From positions 1-54,265 of IMG/VR virus record IMGVR_UViG_3300032083_001527: 54,265 nucleotides of DNA; one strand, written 5' to 3'. This document shows positions 15,136 through 25,807 of the stretch, in pieces. The notes below the pieces were generated by a model. It was not told where the DNA came from and did no database searches. It worked only from the letters and a program-made list of their open reading frames with translations. The stretch comes from a virus (lineage: Duplodnaviria > Caudoviricetes). Position 1 is the stretch's first letter; each line of letters starts with the position of its first letter. Made by a program: the position numbers and the translations under genes.

Positions 15136-18100
15136 TTATTGGTGAGCGTAACATCTTTTGTTACTATTCTTAGTAGTGTTCTTACATCTACCACCACTTT
15201 TTTTCGTAGCCGTACACCTAACTCTATTTTTATCTTCTTTTTTCTTTTTAGATTTTCTTTTATCTTTAACAGCTTTTTTAGCGGCTTCAAGCTCTTCATC
15301 TTTAACACCTATATCCCATCTTGACCATCCCATAAATAAAGCAACACGTTGCCACATAGCATGATTACCTGTTACAGCTTCTTCTACGTTGTTAGCTTTT
15401 TTAACTATTCTAGCTATAGGAATATTTGTTAAAGCTTCGATGACGTTTGATATAGCAACTAAGTTAGGGTTTTCTATACGAGCACCTATTTCTTTACTAA
15501 CACCTTTATTATACTGCTCTGTTTTTAAAGCGCTATATATCTTTCTTATTTTACTACCAATAGGTGGTGACAATTGTAAAGCTTCAACTATTGTTCTACC
15601 ATCATCTCTACCCCAACCCTTTTGGCGTTCAGCTTGATATCTTAGTGCTGTGTTTTTAATTGCAGCAGCAATAGCTCCATATATACCAGTACCTCTTAAT
15701 AAAGAATCTAAAGCACCATTAGCAACTCTTTCTATTTTTTTATCTGTCTTTTCATCTTCTTCTTCGTGACCAAATAAAACAAATATCAACGCTGATTGTA
15801 AGGCGCCAAACACTAGATTCTGCACCATACCATAGTATAATATTTTTGATACATTAGTTTTCATATCACCTCTTCTATTAACTAAATCAGATAAAGCTTT
15901 TTTAGTTAAACGAGTATATTGCATTGTAACATTTTGAAACGCTAGTATTAATCTACCTAGTACGCTAGCTTGTTGTTGAGATATTAAATCTTCTCTTGAA
16001 GACTGTTGAGTTTCTTCAGCTATCTCTTGAAAATCAAGCATTGCTTTTTCATTAGCTTGAGCATTAGAAAACCCTTGTTTTTTATAAGTATTAAATCTAT
16101 TTCTATAAAAAGAAGCTCCACCTAAAGCTATAGCAAAACTATCTGCTGCTTGCGTTGGTGTAAAACCTATTTGTAATAAATACTTTATAACGGCGTTTGC
16201 TTTTTGAGCATATGTATTACCACCTTCAGCAAAGGTATTTGTTAGTTCAGATGCTGAAACATCTGTTTGTAAACCAGCTCTTCTTTGTTTTAGTTGATCA
16301 GAGTTAAACAACATTGCAAAGTCTGACCAAAATTGTGGTTGATTAGCAAAAGCCTTGCTAGCTTTAAACACATTGTTATCACTCCAGTTAATAAAGTTAA
16401 CAGTTGATATAGTCTGCAGCAATGCAGATCGCATGTTAAAAAACATAATAGCACCTATAGAACCGTTGATCCAACCAAGAAAAGCATTTACGTTTCTATC
16501 GTTACTTTGTAATCTATTAGTACCGTTTTCCATACGATATAATATATTTTCTAAAGCTTCTCTAAACTCAATACCGTGTATCGCTTGTATTTTATTCATG
16601 TTGTCTGGCGTAAATATAGATTCTACGTTTTCTAAGTATTCCCTTAAAAATTGTTTTCTACCTATTTTATTTACGATGTTATTGAGATCTGTAGTTATTG
16701 TTTCTAAAGACCAGTTTTGATTTGGTCTAGAATAACCTTCTTTAACTCTAGTTATACGACCAAGTGCATCAGCAAAAGCCTTTACTTCTGGATTATTATT
16801 AATATATTTTAATAATTTATTTTGTATTTCTGGTGTTATACCCGGCACTTCAAATCCAGCTTTATTCCACAGGTAAACCCTAACAGCTGAGTCAACGGTA
16901 AATATAGTTCCAGGTACTTTTTTATTTAACATCTTTTTAACATCAGGCATACTCTTTTTTAAAGCTTTGTAGTCTTGAGATATAGCCTGTTTATATCTAT
17001 TCCACTGTCTAATACCTTTAGCGAATGGATCAAGTAACTTCATTTTAAAGTACTTCATGTGCATATCGCCTTGTCTACCTTTACCTAAAAATCTATATAA
17101 TAAACCTTTAAAATCTTCAGCTGACGGTGGAACAAATAATCTAAACCAGTTTTTGTTTCTACCCATTTTAACAGCTTCTTGGTAGGAAAATACTCTACCT
17201 CTATTTATACCTGAAGATTCTTCTAGTATAATATTAAAGTTTTCACTTGCAGTTCTTTTAAACTTTAGCTTAGCTTGAACAACTTTAGACTTAATATCTA
17301 ATTGATTTAATACATCCTTAACAGCTTTTACGTTTGGTAAGGCATCATCTACAAAATACATATCATTGTATCCTTCTGCAAACTTCTCTAGCATCCAATT
17401 AGCTTTAGCTTCACCTCTACTATCTGCTAGCCCAGTTATGTTTTTGAACGGTATGTTTATACCTTTAGATTTTAACCATCCATCAATAGCTACATCAGCT
17501 TCTTGAGGTCTAGCGGTTAATATAAAAACATTTTTTGATCCATATTTTTCTATTTGATTTTTCATTTTTTGAAGTAATGGTCCTTCAACTCCACCCCTTA
17601 CGTTAACAAAATCATCAAAGTTAAAGCTGTATCCAAGAGCAGTTAATTCAGGTCCTTTTATTGGCCAATCACCAGACTTTATTCGCTCTGTTTCGTTTGT
17701 TATAGGATTAGTAGCTACAACAAAATTTTCTCCGTCAATAATAAGTGTTTCATCAAAATCAAATGTAGACATACCTCTATTACTAATAAAAGTGTAACCT
17801 CTTTTCTTTAAGTCGTCTTCTATTATTTTAATCATTTCAGCAGGTGTTTGTCCTGCTCTTTTAAATTTATAACCTCGCCTTTCTAAATCAGCTTGTATTT
17901 CTTTGTTTTGCTTTTTAATTAATTCAGCTTGCTTGTCAAAAGCTTTTAACATGTTGTTATCTGCTGTTATTTGCTTAGAAGTTCTCTTGTATTTTATTTG
18001 TGATACCGCTACAGCAGAAGCTTTAACATTTTCTAATGTAGTGTTACCCTTGAAGTATTCTATCAAACCTTTGTTTTGAGCATCAACTACAGCTGATTGA

Positions 18101-21100
18101 GCTGCTTCACTTAATTGATTAAAGTTATCAACGTTAATGCTAAAATGCTCCGTAATTGTTTTACCGTTTTCTATTAATATATATTTGTTTAAGTCTATGT
18201 TAGCCATAGCGTATCTAACTATAGACAACAAACCCTTCATATTTTTTATTTCACCTTGTAAAACTCTACTTATTATTTCAGTATAAAAACCAGACTCTTG
18301 TTCGTTTGTTATAGATGAACTTAATTTACTTTGCTGTAGTAAAGTGTTGTCAGATTCTAATAAGGCCATTTGAGCGTAAGACTCTTCTAATACTAACACC
18401 AGTTCTTCTACTTGATTATTTTTAATAGCTTGTAAAATTAACTTACCAACATCGCTAGCCATTAGCATATGCTCTTGTTCTACCTTTTGATTATATATAA
18501 CGTTACCGTTTTTATCTGCAGGTAAAGCCACAATATTAGCACCTTTTCTAATTATATGATCTGTGTTCTGTTGAGAGTCTACTATAAAACTAGCAATAAA
18601 TTTTATGTCTTTAGGAAACTGGTCAACGTGTGCTTTTGCTTTTCTAATAAAGTCTATTAACTTCTTTTTATTTTCATTAGAATATTTAGCAAATTCTTTT
18701 CCAGTTAAAAACTCTTGTCCTCTTACAGCGCTACCAACATTAATAAGTACTTTTTTGTTACGCGATTGTGCTACTATGCTTCTATCTAGAAGCTTGCCCG
18801 CACCACTATACATCACCCTATTGATAACCTTTTGTATAAGCTTGTTGTATTCGCCTACAATGCTATTAAAAAATTTAACACTATGAAATGTTGTTCGAGT
18901 ACTCTTAGTTGTAACTATCTTTATCTCTTCAATAAACTCTGGCATTGTTATTTTAGCTCTCTCTAAAAACTCCATCGCCTCTTGAATAAATTTTTTACTA
19001 TTAATTCTATCTTCGGAACCTATTAAAGGATTAAAAGTGTATATAGTTTTTGCTAACTCTTTTGTTTTAAACTTTGTAACATTATCAAAATCAGTAGCTG
19101 TTTTATCTGCTTTCTGTTTAGATACTCTTTTAAATTTTAAATCAGCAGGTCTATCAATTGTTTTATTTATTTCTTCTCTAACTTGTTCGACAGTTAATAC
19201 ATCTTGCAAACCCTTTTCTTGTATATAATCTTCTAAAAAATCAGTTGTTAAATTTTCAGGTGTAGCATCTCTACCTATAGCCTTAGCAGATTCTTCTAGT
19301 ATTTTTATTCTATTATTACCCTTAGTACCTGATTTTTGAGCTGTTTGTCTTTTGCCTTTTTCAGTGGCATTTAAATAATTTTGCCATTGTGTTGAAGTTG
19401 GTTTTAATCTTTCATAAACCTGTACACCAGCTTTTCGCCTTGCCTTACTAACTTCACTATCATTAAGTATATCATCTGTTAGTAGTTTTTTCTTACTTGG
19501 ATTTTTACCTGATTCATTTCTACCATACACAAAATCTGATATTTGAGTTTTGTTGGTTAATCTACCGTAGCTTTTTACAAATATCTTTTCAGTTAATTGC
19601 TTTTGCATTTGAACTAGAGTTGTCACTGGTATAGATTCTAATATAGCTGCACGATACTTAATCATGCTATTAGTATCTGGAAAGTAAACTTTCATAAAAT
19701 CAAATAAAGAATCTGATACAGTTTTCTCAAAAGTCTTTAAAAAATTTTTAGGATTAACAATAGACTCTGCTGTTCGTAAAGCTTTTTTAACCTCTCTAAA
19801 TATTCTACCTTTTCTTGTTACACCTATTTCATTTCTAAAAGTAGACTTTCTTTCTCTAACTTCTAGTTTTGAATTTTGAACTTTATCGTCTCTTAAATTT
19901 ATTTCTTGTTCGTCTATACGTTGTATAGTTGTATCACCTGTATCTTCTAATTGTGTTTTTGGTTGGCCTTCAGTTGTTCTAGCGTCCGCTTCAACAGTTC
20001 CAGTGCCCTTAGGTACTCTACCTCTTTCAGCTTCTTTAAATACATCATCAGCTCTAAATCTTAATTGAGAATTTATATAGTCAAATAAACTTTCGTTTTC
20101 TTTATTCGGTCCAGTTTCAACTCCACGTCTACCTCTATTAAAACGATTAATCATATTAATAAACTCTCTAGATCCAAGAACGTCAGCAACAAAAGATTTA
20201 AGTTCGTCGTAGGTAAGCTTTATTTTGTATCTAGAAGCTATTAAACCATCTAAATAACCTTGATTTTCAAACTCTTTTCTTTTTACTTTAAACTGTTCAA
20301 TAGCTCTTTTAGCACCAACTCTATCCCACTCTGGTTGTGTATAGTTTTCACCAGTGTTTGGATCAACAGCCAACTTATCTACAGCTGGTTTAGCATCTAC
20401 TCTTTTAAACTTAGTTCCAGTATCATCTGGTTGTATATTAGTGTCAGCGCCTGTACCTCTTTGTATACGACTACTTAATGCACCTTTGTGTATACTTTTA
20501 TTATACTCTCTTAAAAAATCTAAAACAGCATCTGCATCACCAAATCTAACTTTTGAAAATGGACTAATGCTTCTTATTAAATCTACAATAGGTTGCATTA
20601 AAGATTGCAATGTAGACTGATCAATAGTTACTTTTTCATTATAAATTAAATCAGATAATATAGTTAAGTATTCATCTGGATTAGCCTCCATGTACGAAAC
20701 TGTTGCCAAACCTTTATCGTTAAACTGTAAACTATCTACATCTAAACCATATCTTTCAGCTTGCTCTCTAGTTACTTCTCCAGTAAGATCAGCATATTGA
20801 TCTTTTATTACTTCATCAATTAATTTAAACTGATCTTTTAATTTTAATCTTAATTGATCTATCAATTTAATATTTATATCACCATCTTTTAAAGCTTTTC
20901 TAAGTACACCATGCAGCAACTCGTGGTTACCTACTGTTATATCTCCTACACTTTTTGCTACGTCTAAATTTATTATTAATCTACCGGTTTTAGAATCTAC
21001 AAATCCAGATGAATTTTTAGCGGCGTCTTCACCAAACTCTTTAAGCACCTGATCTCTCGTCATCTCAGTGTACTCAAGATTATATATTGAAGAGTGTTTT

Positions 21101-23037
21101 TTAGCAAAATCTAATTTACCTTTAAATATTTTATCTCCTATTCTTTTCGATCTAGCTTCTGCCTCTTCAACCATTTCGGTTCCTTCTAAAGCCGTGTAGC
21201 CTTCTGTCATCTGAAGTATATCGTTTTCTAGGTTTTTTATTTCTTCTTGTAAAGCTGGATCAACTTTAGTTTTATCTTTCCCAATGCTTTCAGCTCTCTC
21301 TTGTTTTTTCTTTAGCTCACCTTGTTTTCTTAATAACTCACTTTCTTTTTGAAATATTTCTTCTCTAGCCTCTTGATCAACAACTCTAGAATCTATAGTA
21401 GAAAGTAATTTGCCTTTATACTCTTGCTGCTTAACCCTAGCGTTTAAAGCGTTATTGTTTTTTATTTCAATATTCATATCAGCAATTTCTTCTGGTGTTG
21501 CTGATTCTAATATTTGCTCTATTTTATCAAACGTTACTGTTTCTTCGTTTGGTCTACCTTTATTTATTGTGTATTTACCAGGACTTAAAGCTGTACCAAT
21601 ATCTACAACAGCTTGACCACCTTGTCCTAGTATTTCTAAGCCAACATCCGCTGCGTTTATTTTTTCACCAATAACAACTTGACTTAAAGCTTCACCACCA
21701 CCACTAACTACACTTTCTCCAACTACACCTTTTCCAAATGCTAGAGCTTTTCTACCTGTTTTAGCTGTTTTAAAAACGCTATTTTGAACAATACCACCAC
21801 CAATATTATCAACAGCAGCTATGGTTAAACCCTTAGCAATTGCTTTGTTTCTAAACTTTAAATACTTTTCATCATCTTGAAAAAACTTTACAAGCTCTTC
21901 TTCAGATGGTATTTCTCCACCAAACTCTTGTTTTATTAACTCTCCAAATTTACTAGTGGTTTCTACACCACCACCAAGTGTAGACATAACACCTCTTAAA
22001 TAACCACCAACACCCATCAAAGGACTTTTAGTTTTTGCGGCAGTAGCAGCACCTTGCACACCACCAACTAATTGCGACAAGCCAAGTAACCCTTTAGATT
22101 TATTAGCCCTAACTTGACCAGCTATAGATTGTACAGTTATTTCAAGCGCAACAGCTGGATCATACACTGTTGCTCTAACAAAGCCTAATACGCCGTTTTC
22201 TTCTTGATCCATTATCTCAATAAATTTATCTGTTTTTGGAGATCTTGGAGCTAACGCTTGTTTTTCTAAAACTTCAATATATTTTTTAACATCTTCTTCT
22301 GTTAAGTTTTTTCTGTCCTCTTCACTCATGGTTATACCATCAAACATGGTATCTGTAAATTCACCGGTTTGACTAGATGCTAATGATCTTCCAACAAGAT
22401 ATGCTATATCATCTATAAACTTACCACCAGAAAAACTTCTAAGTCTAATACCTTGAGATCTATCATAATCATATCTAACTTCTTCTTCCCAACCTGGAGT
22501 ATCTATAATCTCTAGTCCTTTTAAACTTTTTCTATTTGGATTATAATATAGTCTATTTCCATTTTCATCCAACTTATATTCTAATGGTTTTTCACTTTTT
22601 GTTTCTCTAGGGGCATTAACTAAGTAGTTTCCTTCAGTATACTTGTAGTTTTCTTTATCTTCTTTTATTTTATCTGCGCGATCTTTTATACCTTCTTTAG
22701 CAGCTAAAGCAACTTCTTTTCCAAAATCACCAGCCTTATATACAGTGGCTATCATTTTGCCCATTGGGCCTGAAAGCATAGTAGCGTTTACAGCTTTTTC
22801 AAATAGATTCTTTTGTAGCTCCGAAGAACCATCTTCCGATTTGGACTCCGTATCTTGTTCCACTAAACTTGGTGCTTGATTTTTTTGGGACTGGCTCGTC
22901 CCTTTCGACTTTCCCGGCTCATCAGGTACTAGAGTGGGATTGTACTTTCCGTACTTATTGAAGAACATGTCTTCGTTTTCAGGTGATACGTTTTTGAATA
23001 TAGTTTCACCATTGAGAATAAATTGATATCTTTTCAT
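15136..23037 (-). CDS. Giant (2633 aa) polyvalent virion/ejection protein with zincin and HAD-like domains
   Basis: Gly/Ala-rich membrane-like region near aa 310-490; HELLH at aa 705; DFDET at aa 1760 with ILTARP and FVDD; helical C-terminal region; terminal RC.A.KK.G.RC..CYAH finger. Confidence 0.75.
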   Translation of the reverse strand: MKRYQFILNGETIFKNVSPENEDMFFNKYGKYNPTLVPDEPGKSKGTSQSQKNQAPSLVEQDTESKSEDGSSELQKNLFEKAVNATMLSGPMGKMIATVYKAGDFGKEVALAAKEGIKDRADKIKEDKENYKYTEGNYLVNAPRETKSEKPLEYKLDENGNRLYYNPNRKSLKGLEIIDTPGWEEEVRYDYDRSQGIRLRSFSGGKFIDDIAYLVGRSLASSQTGEFTDTMFDGITMSEEDRKNLTEEDVKKYIEVLEKQALAPRSPKTDKFIEIMDQEENGVLGFVRATVYDPAVALEITVQSIAGQVRANKSKGLLGLSQLVGGVQGAATAAKTKSPLMGVGGYLRGVMSTLGGGVETTSKFGELIKQEFGGEIPSEEELVKFFQDDEKYLKFRNKAIAKGLTIAAVDNIGGGIVQNSVFKTAKTGRKALAFGKGVVGESVVSGGGEALSQVVIGEKINAADVGLEILGQGGQAVVDIGTALSPGKYTINKGRPNEETVTFDKIEQILESATPEEIADMNIEIKNNNALNARVKQQEYKGKLLSTIDSRVVDQEAREEIFQKESELLRKQGELKKKQERAESIGKDKTKVDPALQEEIKNLENDILQMTEGYTALEGTEMVEEAEARSKRIGDKIFKGKLDFAKKHSSIYNLEYTEMTRDQVLKEFGEDAAKNSSGFVDSKTGRLIINLDVAKSVGDITVGNHELLHGVLRKALKDGDINIKLIDQLRLKLKDQFKLIDEVIKDQYADLTGEVTREQAERYGLDVDSLQFNDKGLATVSYMEANPDEYLTILSDLIYNEKVTIDQSTLQSLMQPIVDLIRSISPFSKVRFGDADAVLDFLREYNKSIHKGALSSRIQRGTGADTNIQPDDTGTKFKRVDAKPAVDKLAVDPNTGENYTQPEWDRVGAKRAIEQFKVKRKEFENQGYLDGLIASRYKIKLTYDELKSFVADVLGSREFINMINRFNRGRRGVETGPNKENESLFDYINSQLRFRADDVFKEAERGRVPKGTGTVEADARTTEGQPKTQLEDTGDTTIQRIDEQEINLRDDKVQNSKLEVRERKSTFRNEIGVTRKGRIFREVKKALRTAESIVNPKNFLKTFEKTVSDSLFDFMKVYFPDTNSMIKYRAAILESIPVTTLVQMQKQLTEKIFVKSYGRLTNKTQISDFVYGRNESGKNPSKKKLLTDDILNDSEVSKARRKAGVQVYERLKPTSTQWQNYLNATEKGKRQTAQKSGTKGNNRIKILEESAKAIGRDATPENLTTDFLEDYIQEKGLQDVLTVEQVREEINKTIDRPADLKFKRVSKQKADKTATDFDNVTKFKTKELAKTIYTFNPLIGSEDRINSKKFIQEAMEFLERAKITMPEFIEEIKIVTTKSTRTTFHSVKFFNSIVGEYNKLIQKVINRVMYSGAGKLLDRSIVAQSRNKKVLINVGSAVRGQEFLTGKEFAKYSNENKKKLIDFIRKAKAHVDQFPKDIKFIASFIVDSQQNTDHIIRKGANIVALPADKNGNVIYNQKVEQEHMLMASDVGKLILQAIKNNQVEELVLVLEESYAQMALLESDNTLLQQSKLSSSITNEQESGFYTEIISRVLQGEIKNMKGLLSIVRYAMANIDLNKYILIENGKTITEHFSINVDNFNQLSEAAQSAVVDAQNKGLIEYFKGNTTLENVKASAVAVSQIKYKRTSKQITADNNMLKAFDKQAELIKKQNKEIQADLERRGYKFKRAGQTPAEMIKIIEDDLKKRGYTFISNRGMSTFDFDETLIIDGENFVVATNPITNETERIKSGDWPIKGPELTALGYSFNFDDFVNVRGGVEGPLLQKMKNQIEKYGSKNVFILTARPQEADVAIDGWLKSKGINIPFKNITGLADSRGEAKANWMLEKFAEGYNDMYFVDDALPNVKAVKDVLNQLDIKSKVVQAKLKFKRTASENFNIILEESSGINRGRVFSYQEAVKMGRNKNWFRLFVPPSAEDFKGLLYRFLGKGRQGDMHMKYFKMKLLDPFAKGIRQWNRYKQAISQDYKALKKSMPDVKKMLNKKVPGTIFTVDSAVRVYLWNKAGFEVPGITPEIQNKLLKYINNNPEVKAFADALGRITRVKEGYSRPNQNWSLETITTDLNNIVNKIGRKQFLREYLENVESIFTPDNMNKIQAIHGIEFREALENILYRMENGTNRLQSNDRNVNAFLGWINGSIGAIMFFNMRSALLQTISTVNFINWSDNNVFKASKAFANQPQFWSDFAMLFNSDQLKQRRAGLQTDVSASELTNTFAEGGNTYAQKANAVIKYLLQIGFTPTQAADSFAIALGGASFYRNRFNTYKKQGFSNAQANEKAMLDFQEIAEETQQSSREDLISQQQASVLGRLILAFQNVTMQYTRLTKKALSDLVNRRGDMKTNVSKILYYGMVQNLVFGALQSALIFVLFGHEEEDEKTDKKIERVANGALDSLLRGTGIYGAIAAAIKNTALRYQAERQKGWGRDDGRTIVEALQLSPPIGSKIRKIYSALKTEQYNKGVSKEIGARIENPNLVAISNVIEALTNIPIARIVKKANNVEEAVTGNHAMWQRVALFMGWSRWDIGVKDEELEAAKKAVKDKRKSKKKKEDKNRVRCTATKKSGGRCKNTTKNSNKRCYAHQ

Positions 23038-23067
23038 ACTGTTTCGTTAGTTACCCGTTAAAATGTT

Positions 23068-24612
23068 TTATGCAAATTCGTCTTCGTCTTTTGCTGTATC
23101 TTGCTCTGTATTTGTACTATAAACATTACCCTTGTAGGTAAATGTTTTGCCAGAACCAAATCTTTTTCTAGCAGAAGCCAAAGCTTCTTGCTGTGTTAAT
23201 TTAAAATCAAAGTTTTGTGCAACCTCTGGTTTTAAATTATCATTAAAGTTTTGTTCCGCCATGTTAGTGTAGTACTCACTAACATACTCAGTTAGCATCT
23301 TAGGATTATTATATATACTCCTAACTATAACTTCGGCGTCAGCCATATTTATAGGTGTCTTAGGCGTAGGATCCATAGCTTCTAGTTTACCTTTATCTTT
23401 TCTAGCACTAGCAATACCAAGATCTTCATACGATGCTGTCATTATAGCTTCAGCTAAATCTTCAATAAACACTCTACCAAATGGATTTGTGTTTTGAGCT
23501 AACGATCTTAAATTACCTTTAGCAACTATCTGTTGCTTCATATTATTATAGTTCTTCTTGTAGTTGAACTCATTGTTTTCGCCTAGCTGGATATTTTCAG
23601 CCTTTATAGCATTGTCAGCAACTATAGCTCTTATAGCATTAAAACTAGCCTTATCAACACCAGCTCCTTTAACCATACTTTCTACTTGGCTAAAGCTCAT
23701 GAAGTTACCGTTTGCTTTAGATTTAGGTTCTTTAGCTTCTTCTTGACCTTGACCACCTTGCATCTCATTAGCCTTCATAGGAGACTTCATAGTCATAGGA
23801 CTGCCACCAAACTCATCTTCATTATCTTGTTCCCAAACAGGATGTGCAGATCTTTTTTGAGTTTGAGTATCTATATCTAGTTTTCTTTTTTGTTGTGTTT
23901 TTTTATCTTGCTCTTTCCAGTATTTTTCTGAAGCGTCAACAAAACTTTGGTAACCTTCTTTAGTGTTAGGGTACTTATTACCAAACTTATCTTCTTTAAA
24001 ATTACCATCTGAAGATAATTCAAATCTACCATCATCCCAAGCGTTTGCGTAGCTAGCTAGCTTAGCATTATTGTTTTCATCAAACTTAACATACTCTCTC
24101 AGCTCTTCACGTTCAGCAGCATAACACTCTCTACCAGCTGGCATATTATACCCAGCGTTACCGTTCTCATCGTAAACAACCTCCATCTCACCTTTTACTA
24201 TTTTAGCTACAGCGTTAGCGTTGCATCCACCTAAATCTTTGCTTGGATTTTCTATAGGTACATTAGCTATTTTATCGTTTAATTCTTTCTCTTGTTTTAT
24301 AGCATCAGCCTCTTTGTTTAGATCGTTTTCTAAAGACATCCTACCTCTTTTGTTTAAATAAACATATTTAAACCTTTGTTTTCTTAGTTTCTTTTCGTAT
24401 TTCTTGTACTCTTCATCTGTCATTTCACCAGTCTTAGCTAGTTCAGCTTTCATTGCTGAATTAAAATGTCTATTTCTAGCTTGTATAACTGTATTAACGC
24501 CTTCTGATAGGTGATCAGCTAGGTCCATAGCAGCGGTTGTAGCCGCTAATTTACCAACGCCTTCTGCTCGTGCCACTTGACCAGCACCTTGTACTAACAT
24601 TCTATCTGCCAT
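23068..24612 (-). CDS. Putative internal virion/ejection protein
   Basis: Helical, lies between pilot-like and giant genes; SPMTMKSPMK; C-terminal ARKRFGSGKTFTYKG.VYST module. Confidence 0.55.
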   Translation of the reverse strand: MADRMLVQGAGQVARAEGVGKLAATTAAMDLADHLSEGVNTVIQARNRHFNSAMKAELAKTGEMTDEEYKKYEKKLRKQRFKYVYLNKRGRMSLENDLNKEADAIKQEKELNDKIANVPIENPSKDLGGCNANAVAKIVKGEMEVVYDENGNAGYNMPAGRECYAAEREELREYVKFDENNNAKLASYANAWDDGRFELSSDGNFKEDKFGNKYPNTKEGYQSFVDASEKYWKEQDKKTQQKRKLDIDTQTQKRSAHPVWEQDNEDEFGGSPMTMKSPMKANEMQGGQGQEEAKEPKSKANGNFMSFSQVESMVKGAGVDKASFNAIRAIVADNAIKAENIQLGENNEFNYKKNYNNMKQQIVAKGNLRSLAQNTNPFGRVFIEDLAEAIMTASYEDLGIASARKDKGKLEAMDPTPKTPINMADAEVIVRSIYNNPKMLTEYVSEYYTNMAEQNFNDNLKPEVAQNFDFKLTQQEALASARKRFGSGKTFTYKGNVYSTNTEQDTAKDEDEFA

Positions 24613-24623
24613 ATTATATTAAT

Positions 24624-25400
24624 TTAATTAGTTGGAACATACTGTCCGGTAGCCGAATCATAAGTATATGTTTGTTGTGGGTTTCCTGTTGAAGGAGTAA
24701 AAGTACTTGATTCACCTGTGCCTTGTGGTATAGATGTATTACCTAAACCTTGTGCGGTTTCATCTCCAAAACCGGCTACAGCACCTGCTATGTTTTGTAA
24801 GCCACCTGATATAGCACCCATTTTAGCTGCTTGAGCTTGACCAGCTTGTTCTGCCGCAGCTGCTGTTTGCTGCTGCGCCATACCAAGAAGTGTTGATGTT
24901 CTATCTAATTCTGCACCTCTTTTAGTATACTCTCCTTGTATTTGTAAATCTTGTATTCTTTGCGCCTCTTGTCTTGCTGCCATTTGATTACTAGCTTCTT
25001 GTCGACCTATATCGACTGATGCTTGTTGTGATGCTAATTGCCCTTGCTGTGATAACTGTTGAGCTAATGCTGCCACACCACCACCACCTGCAGCACCACG
25101 TAAGCTATCTAATATGTTAGATTGACTTTGTTGAAACTGTTGTTTTTGAAACTGAGCTTGTTGTTGGTTAACAGTTAAATCCTCCATGGTGTTCTCCATG
25201 TTTAAAAAAGGATTACTAGTATCTAGATTTGCATAAACATTTTGAAGTCTATTCATCTCTTCTCTAGCTTCAGCTTCTTTTGCTTCAGCAGCTCTTTGTT
25301 GTTTACCAGCTTGTATAGCTCCAAATATACTAGTACCAGCAGATACGGCTGCGCCTATAACTGGTAGTATTTTTAAAGGACTATTTTTTTCTTCTGCCAT
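24624..25400 (-). CDS. Putative ejection (DNA pilot-like) protein
   Basis: SPLK then hydrophobic ILPVIGAAVSAGTSIFGAI; Gln/Ala-rich coiled coil; Gly-rich C-terminal helix. Confidence 0.65.
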   Translation of the reverse strand: MAEEKNSPLKILPVIGAAVSAGTSIFGAIQAGKQQRAAEAKEAEAREEMNRLQNVYANLDTSNPFLNMENTMEDLTVNQQQAQFQKQQFQQSQSNILDSLRGAAGGGGVAALAQQLSQQGQLASQQASVDIGRQEASNQMAARQEAQRIQDLQIQGEYTKRGAELDRTSTLLGMAQQQTAAAAEQAGQAQAAKMGAISGGLQNIAGAVAGFGDETAQGLGNTSIPQGTGESSTFTPSTGNPQQTYTYDSATGQYVPTN

Positions 25401-25410
25401 AATTGTTATT

Positions 25411-25430
25411 TTACTATTATATAGTTACAT
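25411..25430 (-). promoter_or_regulatory. Putative late promoter ATGTAACTATATAATAGTAA
   Basis: 18/20 identical to 37343-37362; intergenic, just upstream of a start codon. Confidence 0.6.
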
Positions 25431-25440
25431 TTTTTGCTAA

Positions 25441-25806
25441 TTATTTACTACTTTCTTCTATTTCACAGGCCGTAGCATAGAGTTCAGCTTTAGCTGTAGA
25501 GTTGTTTCTAAAAGTAGCGGTAGCGTAATAACCTAGCATCGATCCCATTTCAACTAAATTATTCTTTTGAAAAAATATAAACGAGCTAGTTGTTATATCG
25601 TCGGTATTAACACCTTGCTCTTCGATGTTTAAAACAGTTGTTGACGTTGTTTCTGTTATAGTGTTTATAACACCGATTAACTGCATAGCACTACTAACGT
25701 TAAATCCACCAAAAGTATTTGTTGGATAATTCACAAAGTAAGCTGTGTCGCCAACTTTGCAGGACATGTTGATAGGTGTTGTAAATGTTAAATTTATTGT
25801 TGCCAT
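25441..25806 (-). CDS. Tail-associated structural protein
   Basis: INMSCKVGDTAYF..FIFFQKNN..S.LGYYA..FRNNST.KAELYA; located in the tail module. Confidence 0.55.
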   Translation of the reverse strand: MATINLTFTTPINMSCKVGDTAYFVNYPTNTFGGFNVSSAMQLIGVINTITETTSTTVLNIEEQGVNTDDITTSSFIFFQKNNLVEMGSMLGYYATATFRNNSTAKAELYATACEIEESSK

Positions 25807-25807
25807 A

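Noticed and set aside
14829-15308. 159-aa ORF as given in the track
   Set aside because: The first 64 codons overlap the giant gene in another frame; ATG 15116 gives the MAYIQ leader and a normal initiation context.
17746-17760. DFDET as the catalytic DxDxD motif of a crAss-like virion RNA polymerase
   Set aside because: The third Asp is absent. The DxDxT plus downstream LTAR and DD pattern fits a HAD domain, and the phage encodes a sigma factor, implying use of host RNAP.
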